Of a stretch of DNA of 64,000 nucleotides, positions 10,859 to 22,637 are shown piece after piece. The translations under genes and the position numbers were made by a program. The notes under the pieces were generated by a model, which was not told where the DNA came from, did not search any database, and worked only from the letters and a program-made list of their open reading frames with translations. Positions within the stretch are counted from its first letter, which is position 1, and every line of letters begins with the position of its first letter. Origin of the DNA: Escherichia coli (lineage in GTDB: Bacteria; Pseudomonadota; Gammaproteobacteria; Enterobacterales; Enterobacteriaceae); assembly GCF_002854065.1 (NCBI RefSeq), contig NZ_CP024147.1, one strand, 5' to 3'.

Positions 10859-11572
10859 ATGATTAAAAATTTGCCGCAAATAGTGTTGTTGAATATTGTC
10901 GGCCTCGCGCTGTTTCTTTCCTGGTATATTCCCGTTAATCATGGATTCTGGTTGCCGATTGATGCGGATATTTTTTATTTCTTTAATCAGAAACTGGTCG
11001 AAAGTAAGGCCTTTTTGTGGCTGGTTGCATTGACCAACAATCGCGCTTTCGACGGTTGTTCACTGCTGGCGATGGGAATGTTGATGCTGAGTTTCTGGCT
11101 GAAAGAAAACGCCCCAGGCAGACGACGTATCGTGATTATTGGTCTGGTCATGCTATTAACTGCAGTGGTATTAAACCAGCTGGGTCAGGCATTAATTCCT
11201 GTAAAACGGGCCAGCCCAACATTGACTTTTACCGATATTAACCGCGTCAGCGAACTGCTCTCTGTTCCCACGAAAGATGCCTCACGAGATAGCTTTCCCG
11301 GCGATCACGGCATGATGCTGCTTATTTTTTCGGCATTCATGTGGCGTTATTTCGGCAAAGTTGCAGGTCTTATCGCCCTTATTATTTTTGTGGTTTTTGC
11401 GTTTCCCAGAGTAATGATTGGCGCACACTGGTTTACTGACATCATTGTCGGTTCGATGACCGTGATATTGATCGGTTTGCCCTGGGTGTTGCTGACGCCA
11501 TTAAGTGATCGATTAATCACCTTTTTTGACAAATCACTACCGGGAAAAAACAAACATTTCCAAAACAAATAA
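10859..11572 (+). CDS. lpxT: Lipid A 1-diphosphate synthase / undecaprenyl-pyrophosphate phosphotransferase (PAP2 family)
   Basis: 237-aa product from ATG 10859 (MIKNLPQIVLL...), polytopic membrane protein; matches LpxT/YeiU as recalled; the track ORF extends upstream from a TTG. Confidence 0.88.
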   Translation: MIKNLPQIVLLNIVGLALFLSWYIPVNHGFWLPIDADIFYFFNQKLVESKAFLWLVALTNNRAFDGCSLLAMGMLMLSFWLKENAPGRRRIVIIGLVMLLTAVVLNQLGQALIPVKRASPTLTFTDINRVSELLSVPTKDASRDSFPGDHGMMLLIFSAFMWRYFGKVAGLIALIIFVVFAFPRVMIGAHWFTDIIVGSMTVILIGLPWVLLTPLSDRLITFFDKSLPGKNKHFQNK

Positions 11573-11983
11573 CTCACAGTAATTAACATCATCAGGTTTA
11601 TTTTTATAGTGAGGATAATCCTGATGATGCGCACCGTGCTTTCATCTATCGAATGCAAAAATCATTCTCTAAGTAAATGAATGGATTGCATGCGTTTCAC
11701 TCAATCGTACTTTAATTGACCAATCCCGCTTATTAACTTTCTGTATCACTTTTTCTTATAAAAAATCATGTAAAACCGCTCGCCAAGACCGCACCAATCG
11801 GGTAATCTCGAACTCGTTTTGCCTCGGCGGTAGATTATCCTCACAGCATATAATTTTGTGCGTTAGTCCACAGATTTGGCCTTAAGGAATTGTTTCAACA
11901 TGCCCAGGTAATTAGTCTCGTGTCGCTTGGCATTTTTTTATAACGATATTTGTCGTTAAGGACTTCAAGGGAAAACAAACAAC

Positions 11984-12550
11984 ATGGTCAAATCTCAACC
12001 GATTTTGAGATATATCTTGCGCGGGATCCCCGCGATTGCAGTAGCGGTTCTGCTTTCTGCATGTAGTGCAAATAACACCGCAAAGAATATGCATCCTGAG
12101 ACACGTGCAGTGGGTAGTGAAACATCATCACTGCAAGCTTCTCAGGATGAATTTGAAAACCTGGTTCGTAATGTCGACGTAAAATCGCGAATTATGGATC
12201 AGTATGCTGACTGGAAAGGCGTACGTTATCGTCTGGGCGGCAGCACTAAAAAAGGTATCGATTGTTCTGGTTTCGTACAGCGTACATTCCGTGAGCAATT
12301 TGGCTTAGAACTTCCGCGTTCGACTTACGAACAGCAGGAAATGGGTAAATCTGTTTCCCGCAGTAATTTGCGTACGGGTGATTTAGTTCTGTTCCGTGCC
12401 GGTTCAACGGGACGCCATGTCGGTATTTATATCGGCAACAATCAGTTTGTCCATGCTTCCACCAGCAGTGGTGTTATTATTTCTAGCATGAATGAACCGT
12501 ACTGGAAGAAGCGTTACAACGAAGCACGCCGGGTTCTCAGCCGCAGCTAA
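11984..12550 (+). CDS. mepS: Peptidoglycan DD-endopeptidase / LD-carboxypeptidase lipoprotein (NlpC/P60)
   Basis: 188-aa ORF with lipobox (LLSAC) and NlpC/P60 catalytic Cys motif (DCSGF); matches MepS/Spr as recalled. Confidence 0.93.
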
Positions 12551-12596
12551 TAAACCGTTTGGATGCAATCCCTTGGCTATCCTGACGAGTTAACTG

Positions 12597-12628
12597 AAAG
12601 CACTGCTTAGGCAGTGCTTTTTTGTTTT
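12597..12628 (+). terminator. Intrinsic terminator after mepS
   Basis: Stem gaaagcactgc / gcagtgctttt with loop ttag, followed by a T-run to 12628. Confidence 0.65.
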
Positions 12629-12730
12629 CATTCATCAGAGAAAATGATGTTTCCGCGTCTTGATCCAGGCTATAGTCCGGTCATTGTTATCTTTTAAATG
12701 TTGTCGTAATTTCAGGAAATTAACGGAATC

Positions 12731-14287
12731 ATGTTCATACGCGCTCCCAATTCTGGACGTAAGCTCCTGCTTACCTGCATTGTTGCAGGCGTAATGATTG
12801 CGATACTGGTGAGTTGCCTTCAGTTTTTAGTGGCCTGGCATAAGCACGAAGTCAAATACGACACACTGATTACCGACGTACAAAAGTATCTCGATACCTA
12901 TTTTGCCGACCTGAAATCCACTACTGACCGGCTCCAGCCGCTGACCTTAGATACCTGCCAGCAGGCTAACCCCGAACTGACCGCCCGCGCGGCGTTTAGC
13001 ATGAATGTCCGTACGTTTGTGCTGGTGAAAGATAAAAAAACATTCTGTTCATCTGCGACCGGTGAGATGGACATTCCACTCAATGAATTGATTCCGGCGC
13101 TCGACATTAATAAAAATGTCGATATGGCGATCTTACCCGGCACGCCGATGGTGCCGAACAAACCCGCAATCGTCATCTGGTATCGCAACCCTTTGCTGAA
13201 AAATAGCGGCGTCTTTGCCGCTCTGAATCTCAACCTGACGCCTTCTCTCTTTTATAGTTCAAGGCAGGAAGATTACGATGGCGTCGCCCTCATTATTGGT
13301 AATACTGCGCTATCTACCTTTTCTTCACGTTTGATGAACGTTAATGAGTTAACCGACATGCCAGTCCGTGAAACTAAAATTGCGGGCATTCCTCTGACCG
13401 TTCGGCTTTATGCAGATGACTGGACATGGAACGATGTGTGGTACGCATTTTTACTGGGCGGCATGAGTGGAACTGTCGTTGGCCTGCTCTGCTATTACCT
13501 GATGAGCGTACGTATGCGCCCCGGCAGAGAAATCATGACCGCCATCAAGCGCGAACAATTTTACGTGGCGTATCAACCGGTGGTGGATACACAAGCTTTG
13601 CGAGTAACGGGCCTGGAAGTACTGCTACGCTGGCGGCATCCTGTCGCGGGAGAAATTCCCCCGGATGCCTTCATTAACTTTGCCGAATCGCAAAAGATGA
13701 TTGTGCCGCTGACTCAGCACCTGTTTGAGTTAATTGCCCGCGATGCCGCAGAATTAGAAAAAGTGCTGCCGGTAGGCGTCAAATTTGGCATTAACATTGC
13801 GCCGGACCATCTGCACAGCGAAAGCTTTAAAGCAGATATCCAGAAACTGCTCACTTCCCTACCCGCACACCATTTCCAGATTGTGCTGGAAATTACCGAG
13901 CGCGATATGCTGAAAGAGCAAGAAGCCACACAACTCTTCGCCTGGCTGCACTCGGTCGGCGTAGAAATTGCTATTGATGACTTCGGCACCGGGCACAGCG
14001 CGCTTATCTATCTTGAGCGTTTTACGCTCGATTATCTGAAAATTGACCGTGGATTTATCAACGCCATCGGTACGGAAACGATCACTTCACCCGTACTTGA
14101 CGCGGTGCTGACGCTGGCGAAACGCCTCAATATGCTGACGGTTGCTGAAGGGGTCGAAACGCCGGAACAGGCGCGATGGCTAAGCGAACGCGGCGTTAAT
14201 TTCATGCAAGGCTATTGGATTAGTCGCCCGTTACCGCTGGACGATTTTGTCCGCTGGCTGAAGAAACCGTATACGCCGCAGTGGTAA
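12731..14287 (+). CDS. pdeN: Membrane-anchored EAL-domain c-di-GMP phosphodiesterase (CSS-motif periplasmic domain)
   Basis: 518-aa ORF with N-terminal TM segment and C-terminal EAL domain (EVLLRW..., EITE, DDFGTG motifs); matches Rtn/PdeN as recalled. Confidence 0.88.
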   Translation: MFIRAPNSGRKLLLTCIVAGVMIAILVSCLQFLVAWHKHEVKYDTLITDVQKYLDTYFADLKSTTDRLQPLTLDTCQQANPELTARAAFSMNVRTFVLVKDKKTFCSSATGEMDIPLNELIPALDINKNVDMAILPGTPMVPNKPAIVIWYRNPLLKNSGVFAALNLNLTPSLFYSSRQEDYDGVALIIGNTALSTFSSRLMNVNELTDMPVRETKIAGIPLTVRLYADDWTWNDVWYAFLLGGMSGTVVGLLCYYLMSVRMRPGREIMTAIKREQFYVAYQPVVDTQALRVTGLEVLLRWRHPVAGEIPPDAFINFAESQKMIVPLTQHLFELIARDAAELEKVLPVGVKFGINIAPDHLHSESFKADIQKLLTSLPAHHFQIVLEITERDMLKEQEATQLFAWLHSVGVEIAIDDFGTGHSALIYLERFTLDYLKIDRGFINAIGTETITSPVLDAVLTLAKRLNMLTVAEGVETPEQARWLSERGVNFMQGYWISRPLPLDDFVRWLKKPYTPQW

Positions 14288-14368
14288 GGTGTGCTTACGT
14301 CCCTTATTATTCATAGTGAAAGCATGCCGGATTACGGCTAATGATGAGTAAAAGGAAATCCGTTGCAG

Positions 14369-16183
14369 ATGATTGTGCGCATACTGCTGCTGTTTATCGC
14401 TCTGTTCACCTTTGGTGCGCAGGCGCAGGCTATCAAGGAAAGCTATGCCTTTGCCGTGCTGGGCGAACCCCGGTACGCGTTTAATTTCAACCATTTTGAT
14501 TATGTGAACCCCGCCGCGCCAAAAGGTGGGCAGATAACGTTGTCAGCCCTCGGCACCTTCGATAATTTCAACCGCTATGCACTGCGCGGCAACCCGGGCG
14601 CACGCACCGAGCAGCTGTACGACACGCTATTTACGACTTCCGATGACGAACCAGGCAGTTATTACCCGCTGATTGCTGAAAGCGCACGCTATGCTGACGA
14701 TTATTCCTGGGTGGAGGTCGCTATTAATCCGCGCGCCCGTTTTCATGATGGTTCGCCCATTACTGCCCGCGATGTAGAGTTTACTTTTCAAAAATTTATG
14801 ACCGAAGGCGTGCCGCAATTTCGTCTGGTCTACAAAGGCACCACCGTCAAAGCCATTGCGCCGTTAACCGTGCGCATTGAGTTAGCTAAACCCGGCAAAG
14901 AAGATATGTTGAGTCTGTTTTCGCTGCCGGTATTTCCAGAAAAGTACTGGAAGGATCACAAACTTAGCGATCCGCTCGCCACGCCTCCGCTTGCCAGTGG
15001 TCCGTACCGAATTACGTCCTGGAAAATGGGGCAAAATATTGTCTATTCCCGCGTGAAAGATTACTGGGCAGCAAACTTACCGGTAAACCGTGGACGCTGG
15101 AATTTCGACACCATTCGCTACGATTATTACCTCGATGATAATGTCGCCTTTGAAGCGTTTAAAGCAGGTGCCTTTGATTTGCGTATGGAAAACGACGCTA
15201 AAAACTGGGCCACGCGTTATACCGGTAAAAATTTCGATAAAAAATACATCATCAAAGATGAGCAAAAGAACGAATCAGCCCAGGATACGCGCTGGCTGGC
15301 GTTTAATATCCAACGTCCGGTATTCAGCGATCGCCGGGTCCGGGAAGCAATCACCCTCGCCTTTGACTTTGAATGGATGAACAAGGCGTTGTTTTACAAT
15401 GCCTGGAGTCGCACGAACAGTTATTTTCAGAATACCGAATACGCGGCCAGAAATTACCCCGACGCCGCGGAGCTGGTGCTTCTGGCACCAATGAAAAAAG
15501 ATCTACCGCCAGAAGTCTTCACACAAATCTACCAGCCGCCGGTATCCAAAGGCGATGGCTACGATCGTGACAACCTGTTAAAAGCCGACAAACTTCTCAA
15601 CGAAGCGGGCTGGGTGCTGAAGGGTCAGCAACGCGTTAATGCCACAACGGGTCAGCCGCTCAGCTTTGAATTATTGCTTCCCGCAAGCAGCAATAGTCAG
15701 TGGGTATTGCCGTTCCAGCACAGCCTGCAACGGCTGGGTATCAACATGGACATTCGCAAGGTGGATAACTCGCAAATCACCAACCGCATGCGCAGTCGCG
15801 ACTATGACATGATGCCGCGCCTATGGCGGGCGATGCCGTGGCCCAGTTCCGATTTACAGATTTCCTGGTCATCGGAATATATCAATTCCACTTATAATGC
15901 CCCCGGCGTGCAAAGCCCGGTTATCGACTCGCTGATCAACCAAATTATTGCCGCGCAGGGAAATAAAGAAAAATTACTGCCGTTGGGGCGAGCACTGGAT
16001 CGCGTATTAACGTGGAATTATTACATGCTGCCAATGTGGTACATGGCGGAAGACCGTCTCGCCTGGTGGGATAAATTCTCCCAACCCGCTGTACGCCCTG
16101 TTTACAGCCTGGGTATCGATACCTGGTGGTATGACGTTAATAAAGCGGCCAAACTGCCGTCAGCCAGACAACAGGGAGAGTAG
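14369..16183 (+). CDS. yejA: ABC transporter periplasmic oligopeptide-binding protein (microcin C / peptide uptake)
   Basis: ATG at 14369 gives 604 aa (track ORF starts 2 codons earlier at TTG); signal peptide then family-5 solute-binding domain; first gene of yejABEF. Confidence 0.9.
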
Positions 16184-17278
16184 ATGGGCGCTTATCTGAT
16201 TCGCCGTCTGTTGCTGGTGATCCCAACGTTATGGGCGATTATCACTATCAACTTTTTCATCGTGCAAATTGCGCCTGGCGGTCCGGTCGACCAGGCCATC
16301 GCCGCCATTGAGTTTGGTAATGCCGGAGTATTACCCGGCGCAGGCGGTGAAGGCGTTCGCGCCAGCCATGCGCAAACGGGCGTCGGTAATATCAGCGACA
16401 GTAATTACCGTGGCGGACGCGGATTAGATCCAGAAGTGATCGCCGAGATCACTCATCGCTACGGTTTCGATAAGCCGATCCACGAACGTTACTTCAAAAT
16501 GCTCTGGGACTACATCCGCTTTGATTTTGGCGATAGCCTGTTTCGCAGCGCCTCGGTGCTGACGCTGATTAAAGACAGTCTGCCGGTTTCCATCACCCTC
16601 GGATTGTGGAGCACGCTGATTATCTATCTGGTGTCGATTCCGTTAGGCATTCGCAAAGCTGTTTATAATGGGAGCCGCTTTGACGTCTGGAGTAGCGCAT
16701 TTATCATCATCGGCTACGCTATTCCGGCCTTTTTGTTTGCCATCCTGCTGATTGTCTTCTTCGCGGGCGGCAGTTATTTCGACCTGTTCCCTCTACGCGG
16801 CCTGGTTTCCGCTAACTTTGATTCGCTGCCGTGGTATCAGAAAATCACCGATTATCTGTGGCATATCACGCTGCCGGTGCTGGCGACAGTGATTGGTGGC
16901 TTTGCGGCGCTGACCATGCTGACCAAAAACTCATTCCTTGATGAAGTGCGCAAGCAATACGTGGTGACCGCGCGTGCGAAAGGGGTAAGTGAAAAAAATA
17001 TTCTCTGGAAACATGTGTTCCGCAACGCCATGCTGCTGGTGATTGCCGGTTTTCCGGCGACGTTTATCAGCATGTTCTTCACCGGCTCGCTGCTGATTGA
17101 AGTGATGTTTTCACTCAATGGCCTTGGCTTACTGGGCTACGAAGCGACCGTCTCGCGCGATTATCCTGTAATGTTTGGTACCTTGTATATTTTCACCCTG
17201 ATTGGCCTGCTGCTGAATATTGTCAGTGATATCAGCTATACGCTGGTCGATCCGCGTATAGATTTTGAGGGACGTTAA
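16184..17278 (+). CDS. yejB: ABC transporter permease
   Basis: 364-aa polytopic ORF; start immediately after the yejA stop. Confidence 0.9.
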
Positions 17279-18303
17279 TGTCGCGACTCAGCCCCGTCAA
17301 TCAGGCCCGTTGGGCGCGTTTTCGCCATAACCGTCGCGGCTACTGGTCGTTATGGATTTTCCTCGTTTTGTTTGGTTTGAGTTTGTGTTCTGAACTTATC
17401 GCCAACGATAAACCGTTGCTGGTGCGTTATGACGGCAGTTGGTATTTCCCGTTGTTGAAAAATTACAGTGAAAGCGATTTTGGCGGCCCTCTGGCAAGTC
17501 AGGCTGATTATCAGGACCCGTGGCTGAAACAACGGCTGGAAAATAACGGCTGGGTACTGTGGGCACCGATTCGCTTTGGTGCTACCAGTATCAACTTTGC
17601 TACCGATAAGCCCTTCCCTTCTCCACCCTCCCGGCAAAACTGGCTGGGAACGGATGCCAACGGCGGCGATGTGCTGGCACGTATTCTCTATGGCACGCGG
17701 ATCTCGGTTCTGTTTGGCCTGATGCTGACTCTCTGTTCCAGCGTGATGGGCGTGCTGGCGGGGGCGCTACAAGGCTATTACGGCGGTAAAGTCGACCTCT
17801 GGGGACAACGCTTTATTGAAGTATGGTCGGGGATGCCGACGCTGTTTTTGATTATTTTACTTTCCAGCGTCGTACAGCCTAACTTCTGGTGGCTGCTGGC
17901 AATTACTGTCTTGTTTGGCTGGATGAGTCTGGTCGGCGTGGTGCGGGCGGAGTTTTTACGTACCCGTAATTTCGACTACATTCGTGCGGCGCAGGCGCTT
18001 GGCGTCAGCGATCGCAGTATCATCCTGCGTCATATGTTGCCTAATGCCATGGTCGCGACCCTCACCTTTTTACCGTTTATTTTATGTAGTTCGATCACCA
18101 CCCTGACCTCACTCGATTTCCTCGGCTTTGGTCTGCCGCTCGGTTCACCGTCACTCGGTGAACTGCTGTTACAAGGGAAAAATAACCTTCAGGCTCCGTG
18201 GCTTGGGATCACCGCCTTCTTGTCGGTGGCGATATTATTGTCTTTGCTGATCTTTATTGGTGAAGCCGTCCGCGACGCATTTGATCCTAATAAGGCGGTG
18301 TAG
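17278..18303 (+). CDS. yejE: ABC transporter permease
   Basis: 341-aa polytopic ORF; start overlaps the yejB stop by 1 nt. Confidence 0.9.
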   Translation: MSRLSPVNQARWARFRHNRRGYWSLWIFLVLFGLSLCSELIANDKPLLVRYDGSWYFPLLKNYSESDFGGPLASQADYQDPWLKQRLENNGWVLWAPIRFGATSINFATDKPFPSPPSRQNWLGTDANGGDVLARILYGTRISVLFGLMLTLCSSVMGVLAGALQGYYGGKVDLWGQRFIEVWSGMPTLFLIILLSSVVQPNFWWLLAITVLFGWMSLVGVVRAEFLRTRNFDYIRAAQALGVSDRSIILRHMLPNAMVATLTFLPFILCSSITTLTSLDFLGFGLPLGSPSLGELLLQGKNNLQAPWLGITAFLSVAILLSLLIFIGEAVRDAFDPNKAV

Positions 18304-18304
18304 C

Positions 18305-19894
18305 ATGACGCAAACTCTGTTAGCGATTGAAGATTTGTCGGTGGGTTTTCGCCATCAGCAAACCGTACGTACAGTAGTCAATGATGTTTCACTACAGATT
18401 GAGGCTGGCGAAACGCTGGCGCTGGTGGGTGAGTCAGGTTCAGGCAAAAGCGTTACCGCGCTGTCAATTTTACGCCTGCTCCCATCCCCGCCGGTTGAAT
18501 ATCTCTCCGGCGATATTCGTTTTCATGGCGAATCGCTGCTTCATGCCAGCGATCAAACGTTGCGCGGTGTACGCGGTAATAAGATCGCCATGATTTTTCA
18601 GGAGCCGATGGTGTCGTTAAATCCATTGCATACCCTGGAAAAACAGCTTTATGAAGTGCTTTCACTCCACCGCGGGATGCGTCGGGAAGCGGCTCGTGGC
18701 GAAATTCTTAACTGCCTTGATCGCGTCGGTATCCGCCAGGCGGCAAAACGGCTGACAGATTATCCGCATCAGCTCTCCGGCGGCGAACGCCAGCGGGTGA
18801 TGATTGCGATGGCACTGTTAACGCGACCGGAATTATTAATTGCCGATGAACCGACCACCGCACTGGACGTCTCTGTCCAGGCGCAGATTTTACAGCTGTT
18901 GCGCGAACTGCAAGGCGAGCTGAATATGAGCATGCTGTTTATTACTCATAACCTCAGCATTGTCAGAAAACTGGCCCACCGCGTGGCGGTAATGCAAAAC
19001 GGTCGCTGTGTCGAGCAAAATAACGCCGCTACGCTATTTGCCTCACCCACTCATCCTTACACACAAAAGCTACTCAACAGTGAACCGTCAGGCGACCCGG
19101 TGCCATTGCCAGAACCTGCCTCAACGTTGCTGGATGTTGAACAGCTTCAGGTTGCCTTCCCCATTCGCAAAGGGATTTTGAAGCGCATTGTGGATCATAA
19201 TGTGGTGGTGAAAAACATCAGTTTTACGCTACGAGCGGGTGAAACACTGGGTTTAGTGGGCGAGTCCGGTTCCGGGAAAAGCACGACGGGACTGGCGCTG
19301 CTGCGACTGATTAATTCTCAGGGCAGCATCATCTTTGACGGTCAGCCACTGCAAAATTTAAATCGCCGCCAGCTGTTACCTATTCGTCATCGCATTCAGG
19401 TGGTATTTCAGGATCCAAACTCCTCGCTCAACCCACGACTCAACGTTTTGCAGATTATTGAGGAAGGCTTACGGGTTCACCAGCCGACGCTTTCTGCCGC
19501 ACAACGCGAACAACAAGTGATAGCCGTGATGCATGAAGTGGGATTAGATCCTGAAACACGCCACCGTTATCCGGCGGAGTTCTCTGGTGGTCAGCGACAA
19601 CGTATTGCGATTGCCAGGGCATTAATTCTTAAGCCCTCGCTGATCATACTTGATGAACCGACATCATCACTCGACAAAACGGTACAGGCGCAAATATTGA
19701 CGCTATTGAAATCATTGCAACAAAAGCATCAACTGGCCTATTTGTTTATCAGCCATGATTTGCACGTTGTCCGCGCGTTATGTCATCAGGTTATCGTACT
19801 GCGACAAGGGGAAGTAGTGGAACAAGGACCGTGCGCGCGCGTGTTTGCCACACCGCAGCAGGAGTATACGCGTCAGCTACTGGCGTTGAGCTGA
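18305..19894 (+). CDS. yejF: ABC transporter ATP-binding protein with duplicated ATPase domains
   Basis: 529-aa product from ATG 18305 ([11 protein letters not shown]...); two Walker A (GESGSGKS) and two signature (LSGG) motifs; track ORF extends upstream in frame. Confidence 0.9.
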   Translation: MTQTLLAIEDLSVGFRHQQTVRTVVNDVSLQIEAGETLALVGESGSGKSVTALSILRLLPSPPVEYLSGDIRFHGESLLHASDQTLRGVRGNKIAMIFQEPMVSLNPLHTLEKQLYEVLSLHRGMRREAARGEILNCLDRVGIRQAAKRLTDYPHQLSGGERQRVMIAMALLTRPELLIADEPTTALDVSVQAQILQLLRELQGELNMSMLFITHNLSIVRKLAHRVAVMQNGRCVEQNNAATLFASPTHPYTQKLLNSEPSGDPVPLPEPASTLLDVEQLQVAFPIRKGILKRIVDHNVVVKNISFTLRAGETLGLVGESGSGKSTTGLALLRLINSQGSIIFDGQPLQNLNRRQLLPIRHRIQVVFQDPNSSLNPRLNVLQIIEEGLRVHQPTLSAAQREQQVIAVMHEVGLDPETRHRYPAEFSGGQRQRIAIARALILKPSLIILDEPTSSLDKTVQAQILTLLKSLQQKHQLAYLFISHDLHVVRALCHQVIVLRQGEVVEQGPCARVFATPQQEYTRQLLALS

Positions 19895-19897
19895 CAC

Positions 19898-20242
19898 TTA
19901 AAAAGGATTGTAGTTTGAAAAGGGTTCGGCAATTGCCACACCAAAATTTTTCAATCGGCATGTTGCAGCAAACTCGTCCTGGCGATTTACAAACAGGCAC
20001 GGCTCACCTTCACACTCCAGCACCGAACATGGAACTTCGATGTCGCTTAACTCCTGGCTTAGTTTATACATCACCGACCATGCATTATCACCATCCGGGC
20101 TAAGCAATTTAAGCGCCACCAGGCTGTTGTCACCGCACGGTCCATTTTGCGGAATCGGTTCAACCTTCGAACCTGCGAAACCAGCAGACCAGCGATAGTT
20201 CTGCGGCAGTCGATGGACGATTGAGAGTTGTAATGAAGTCAC
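19898..20242 (-). CDS. yejG: Uncharacterised protein YejG
   Basis: 114-aa ORF matching YejG as recalled; convergent with yejF with only 3 nt between stop codons. Confidence 0.85.
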   Translation of the reverse strand: MTSLQLSIVHRLPQNYRWSAGFAGSKVEPIPQNGPCGDNSLVALKLLSPDGDNAWSVMYKLSQELSDIEVPCSVLECEGEPCLFVNRQDEFAATCRLKNFGVAIAEPFSNYNPF

Positions 20243-20541
20243 TTATTTTCCCCGTAAGCACATTTACTTCACAATTTATTTACATCAATTTTAACATATC
20301 ATCAACAATCCGTCTTTATACAGATCGTAAAGATTGATGCCTCGCCTGCGTGGCCTCTATGGCTCTGATTTAAGTAATATCTGCGGGCGTGGTCACGTTT
20401 GCGGGGCTATATGTACCCGTTTCTGCGATCTAACTCAACCTTTTTAACTACAATGATGTGACTTTTTACATAAATTGATTTTACATAAAATAAACATATA
20501 TCGGGGGAATGATAGATTTGTGGTTGACATGCATCAACAAA

Positions 20542-20560
20542 GGAAGCCTTTTTAGCTTCC
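20542..20560 (-). terminator. Possible terminator hairpin downstream of bcr
   Basis: Stem ggaagc / gcttcc with 7-nt loop, 16 nt past the bcr stop; weak U-tract (CUUUGUUG) on the minus strand. Confidence 0.35.
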
Positions 20561-20575
20561 TCGTTGTGCAATAGA

Positions 20576-21766
20576 TCACCGTTTTTTCGGCCGACTGGCG
20601 TACAGACAGAAGAGAATGGAGCTGGTTGCGCAGAATGCAATTGACCAAATCATCGGCCATGCAGAGTTAAAGGTCGCAAGAGAAAGCAATGCGCCAACAA
20701 TTGCCCCTATGCCAAAACGGAAGGTTCCTGCCAGCGAAGATGCCGTTCCCGCCATATGGGGAAACTCATCAAGAATGACCGCCATCGCATTGGATGACAC
20801 CATCGACACGCAGCCCACAAACGCCGCAACGCCAACCACCAGCGACCAGAATCCCAGCCCCAGTAGCGCACTGATGACCATCCACGCTGCCATAATAAAC
20901 TGTATCCACAACCCCGAGCGGAACATATTTAACGCGCCAATGCGGCGAACGAAGCGGCTGTTAAAGATGGTCATCACGAACAGGAAAACAATGTTTAGTG
21001 CAAAGTAATAACCAAAGTTTTCCGGCGCGACGTGGTTAATTTCAATGTAGACAAACGGTCCGGCGCTTAAGAACGAGAACATCCCGGCAAAGCTGAAACC
21101 ACTGGCCAGCATATAACTCAGGACACGCTTATGACGGAACAGCGCCGCAAAGTTACCAATAGTGGTACGAATGTGAAAAGGCTGGCGACGCTCCGGTGGT
21201 AAGGTTTCTTTGATCAGAAAGAAGATCATTGCCGAAGCCAGAATCGCCGCCACGGCGAGGATCCAGAAGATGTAATGCCAGCTCAGCCACACCAGCACCC
21301 AGCCGCCAACTATCGGTGCCATCAGCGGTGCAATGGTTGTCACCAGCATGACAAACGACATCATCCGCGAGAACTCTTCTTTCGGGTAGATATCACGCAT
21401 CAAAGCGTTGATAACCACGCTGGCCGCAGCCGCCGCCAGCCCGTGGAAGAAACGCATCACAATCAGCTGATCGATGGTTTGTGCCAACGCACACGCCACC
21501 GCGGCGGCGGCAAACACCAGCGTACCGCCAAGAACCACCGGCTTACGCCCGAAGCTGTCTGCCATCGGCCCGTAGATTAACTGCCCCAACGCAAAGCCCA
21601 GAATATAAGTACTGAGGGTCATCTGCGTACTGCCCGCCGGTACGCCAAACTGCGCTGAAATTACCGGTAGCGCGGGCAGATACATATCAATCGACAGCGG
21701 CATCAACATGGCCAGCAGGCCAAGGATAAAAACAATAGCAAACGACGAATGCTGTCGGGTGGTCAC
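20576..21766 (-). CDS. bcr: Bicyclomycin/multidrug efflux MFS transporter
   Basis: 396-aa 12-TM MFS ORF; matches Bcr as recalled. Confidence 0.92.
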   Translation of the reverse strand: MTTRQHSSFAIVFILGLLAMLMPLSIDMYLPALPVISAQFGVPAGSTQMTLSTYILGFALGQLIYGPMADSFGRKPVVLGGTLVFAAAAVACALAQTIDQLIVMRFFHGLAAAAASVVINALMRDIYPKEEFSRMMSFVMLVTTIAPLMAPIVGGWVLVWLSWHYIFWILAVAAILASAMIFFLIKETLPPERRQPFHIRTTIGNFAALFRHKRVLSYMLASGFSFAGMFSFLSAGPFVYIEINHVAPENFGYYFALNIVFLFVMTIFNSRFVRRIGALNMFRSGLWIQFIMAAWMVISALLGLGFWSLVVGVAAFVGCVSMVSSNAMAVILDEFPHMAGTASSLAGTFRFGIGAIVGALLSLATFNSAWPMIWSIAFCATSSILFCLYASRPKKR

Positions 21767-21793
21767 AACGGGCTCCTGAAAGTCATTGAAAAG

Positions 21794-22489
21794 TTAGACG
21801 ACGCTGGCAATTTCTTCTTCAGTTAACGGACGATATTCACCGGGGGCTAAATCAGCATCCAGCGTAATGCCGCCAATACGTTCACGATGCAGCTCAACCA
21901 CATGGTTACCCACGGCGGCGAACATGCGTTTCACCTGATGATAACGCCCTTCGCTGATGGTCAGACGAACCTGCGTTGGGGTAATCACTTCCAGCACCGC
22001 CGGCTTAGTGAGATCTTTTTCGTTATGCAGCTGCACGCCTTTAGCAAATTGCTCTGCCGTATCGTCAGCTACGGGTGATTCCAGCGTCACCAGATAGGTC
22101 TTCTCGCAATGATGGCGCGGAGAAGTAATGCGGTGCGACCACTGACCATCATCAGTCATTAGCACCAGACCGGTGGTATCGATATCCAGCCGCCCTGCGG
22201 CGTGCAGTTTCCACGCCACTGGTTCATCAAGAAAATAGAGCACCGTTGGGTGATCAGGGTCGTCCGTGGAGCAAACATAGCCCTGAGGCTTATTGAGCAT
22301 GAAGTAACGTGGACCGTGTTGCTGCGCCAGCGGGTTGCCATCGTAAGCGACATCATGTTCAGGAAGCAGTTTGAACGCTGCATTACGGACGATTTCGCCA
22401 TCGACGGTGACACGATTGCCGCGGATTTCACGCCCGGCAATAGCACGGCTAACGCCGAGTTGCTGTGCGATAAATTTATCAAGTCGCAT
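21794..22489 (-). CDS. rsuA: 16S rRNA pseudouridine(516) synthase
   Basis: 231-aa ORF with S4-like N-terminus and RsuA-family motifs; matches RsuA as recalled. Confidence 0.92.
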
Positions 22490-22637
22490 GTGTGTGATTT
22501 TGCCTGTAAAAACGGAGGTCGGGCATTGACCCGAAAATCTGAACTGTTGTCTGCCCAGTATAGCGGTCTAATAACTTCCCTCAAGGGAAAAAGATCCGTG
22601 GCATACTATTAGCAGAATAATCTACCTACGCGAGACC

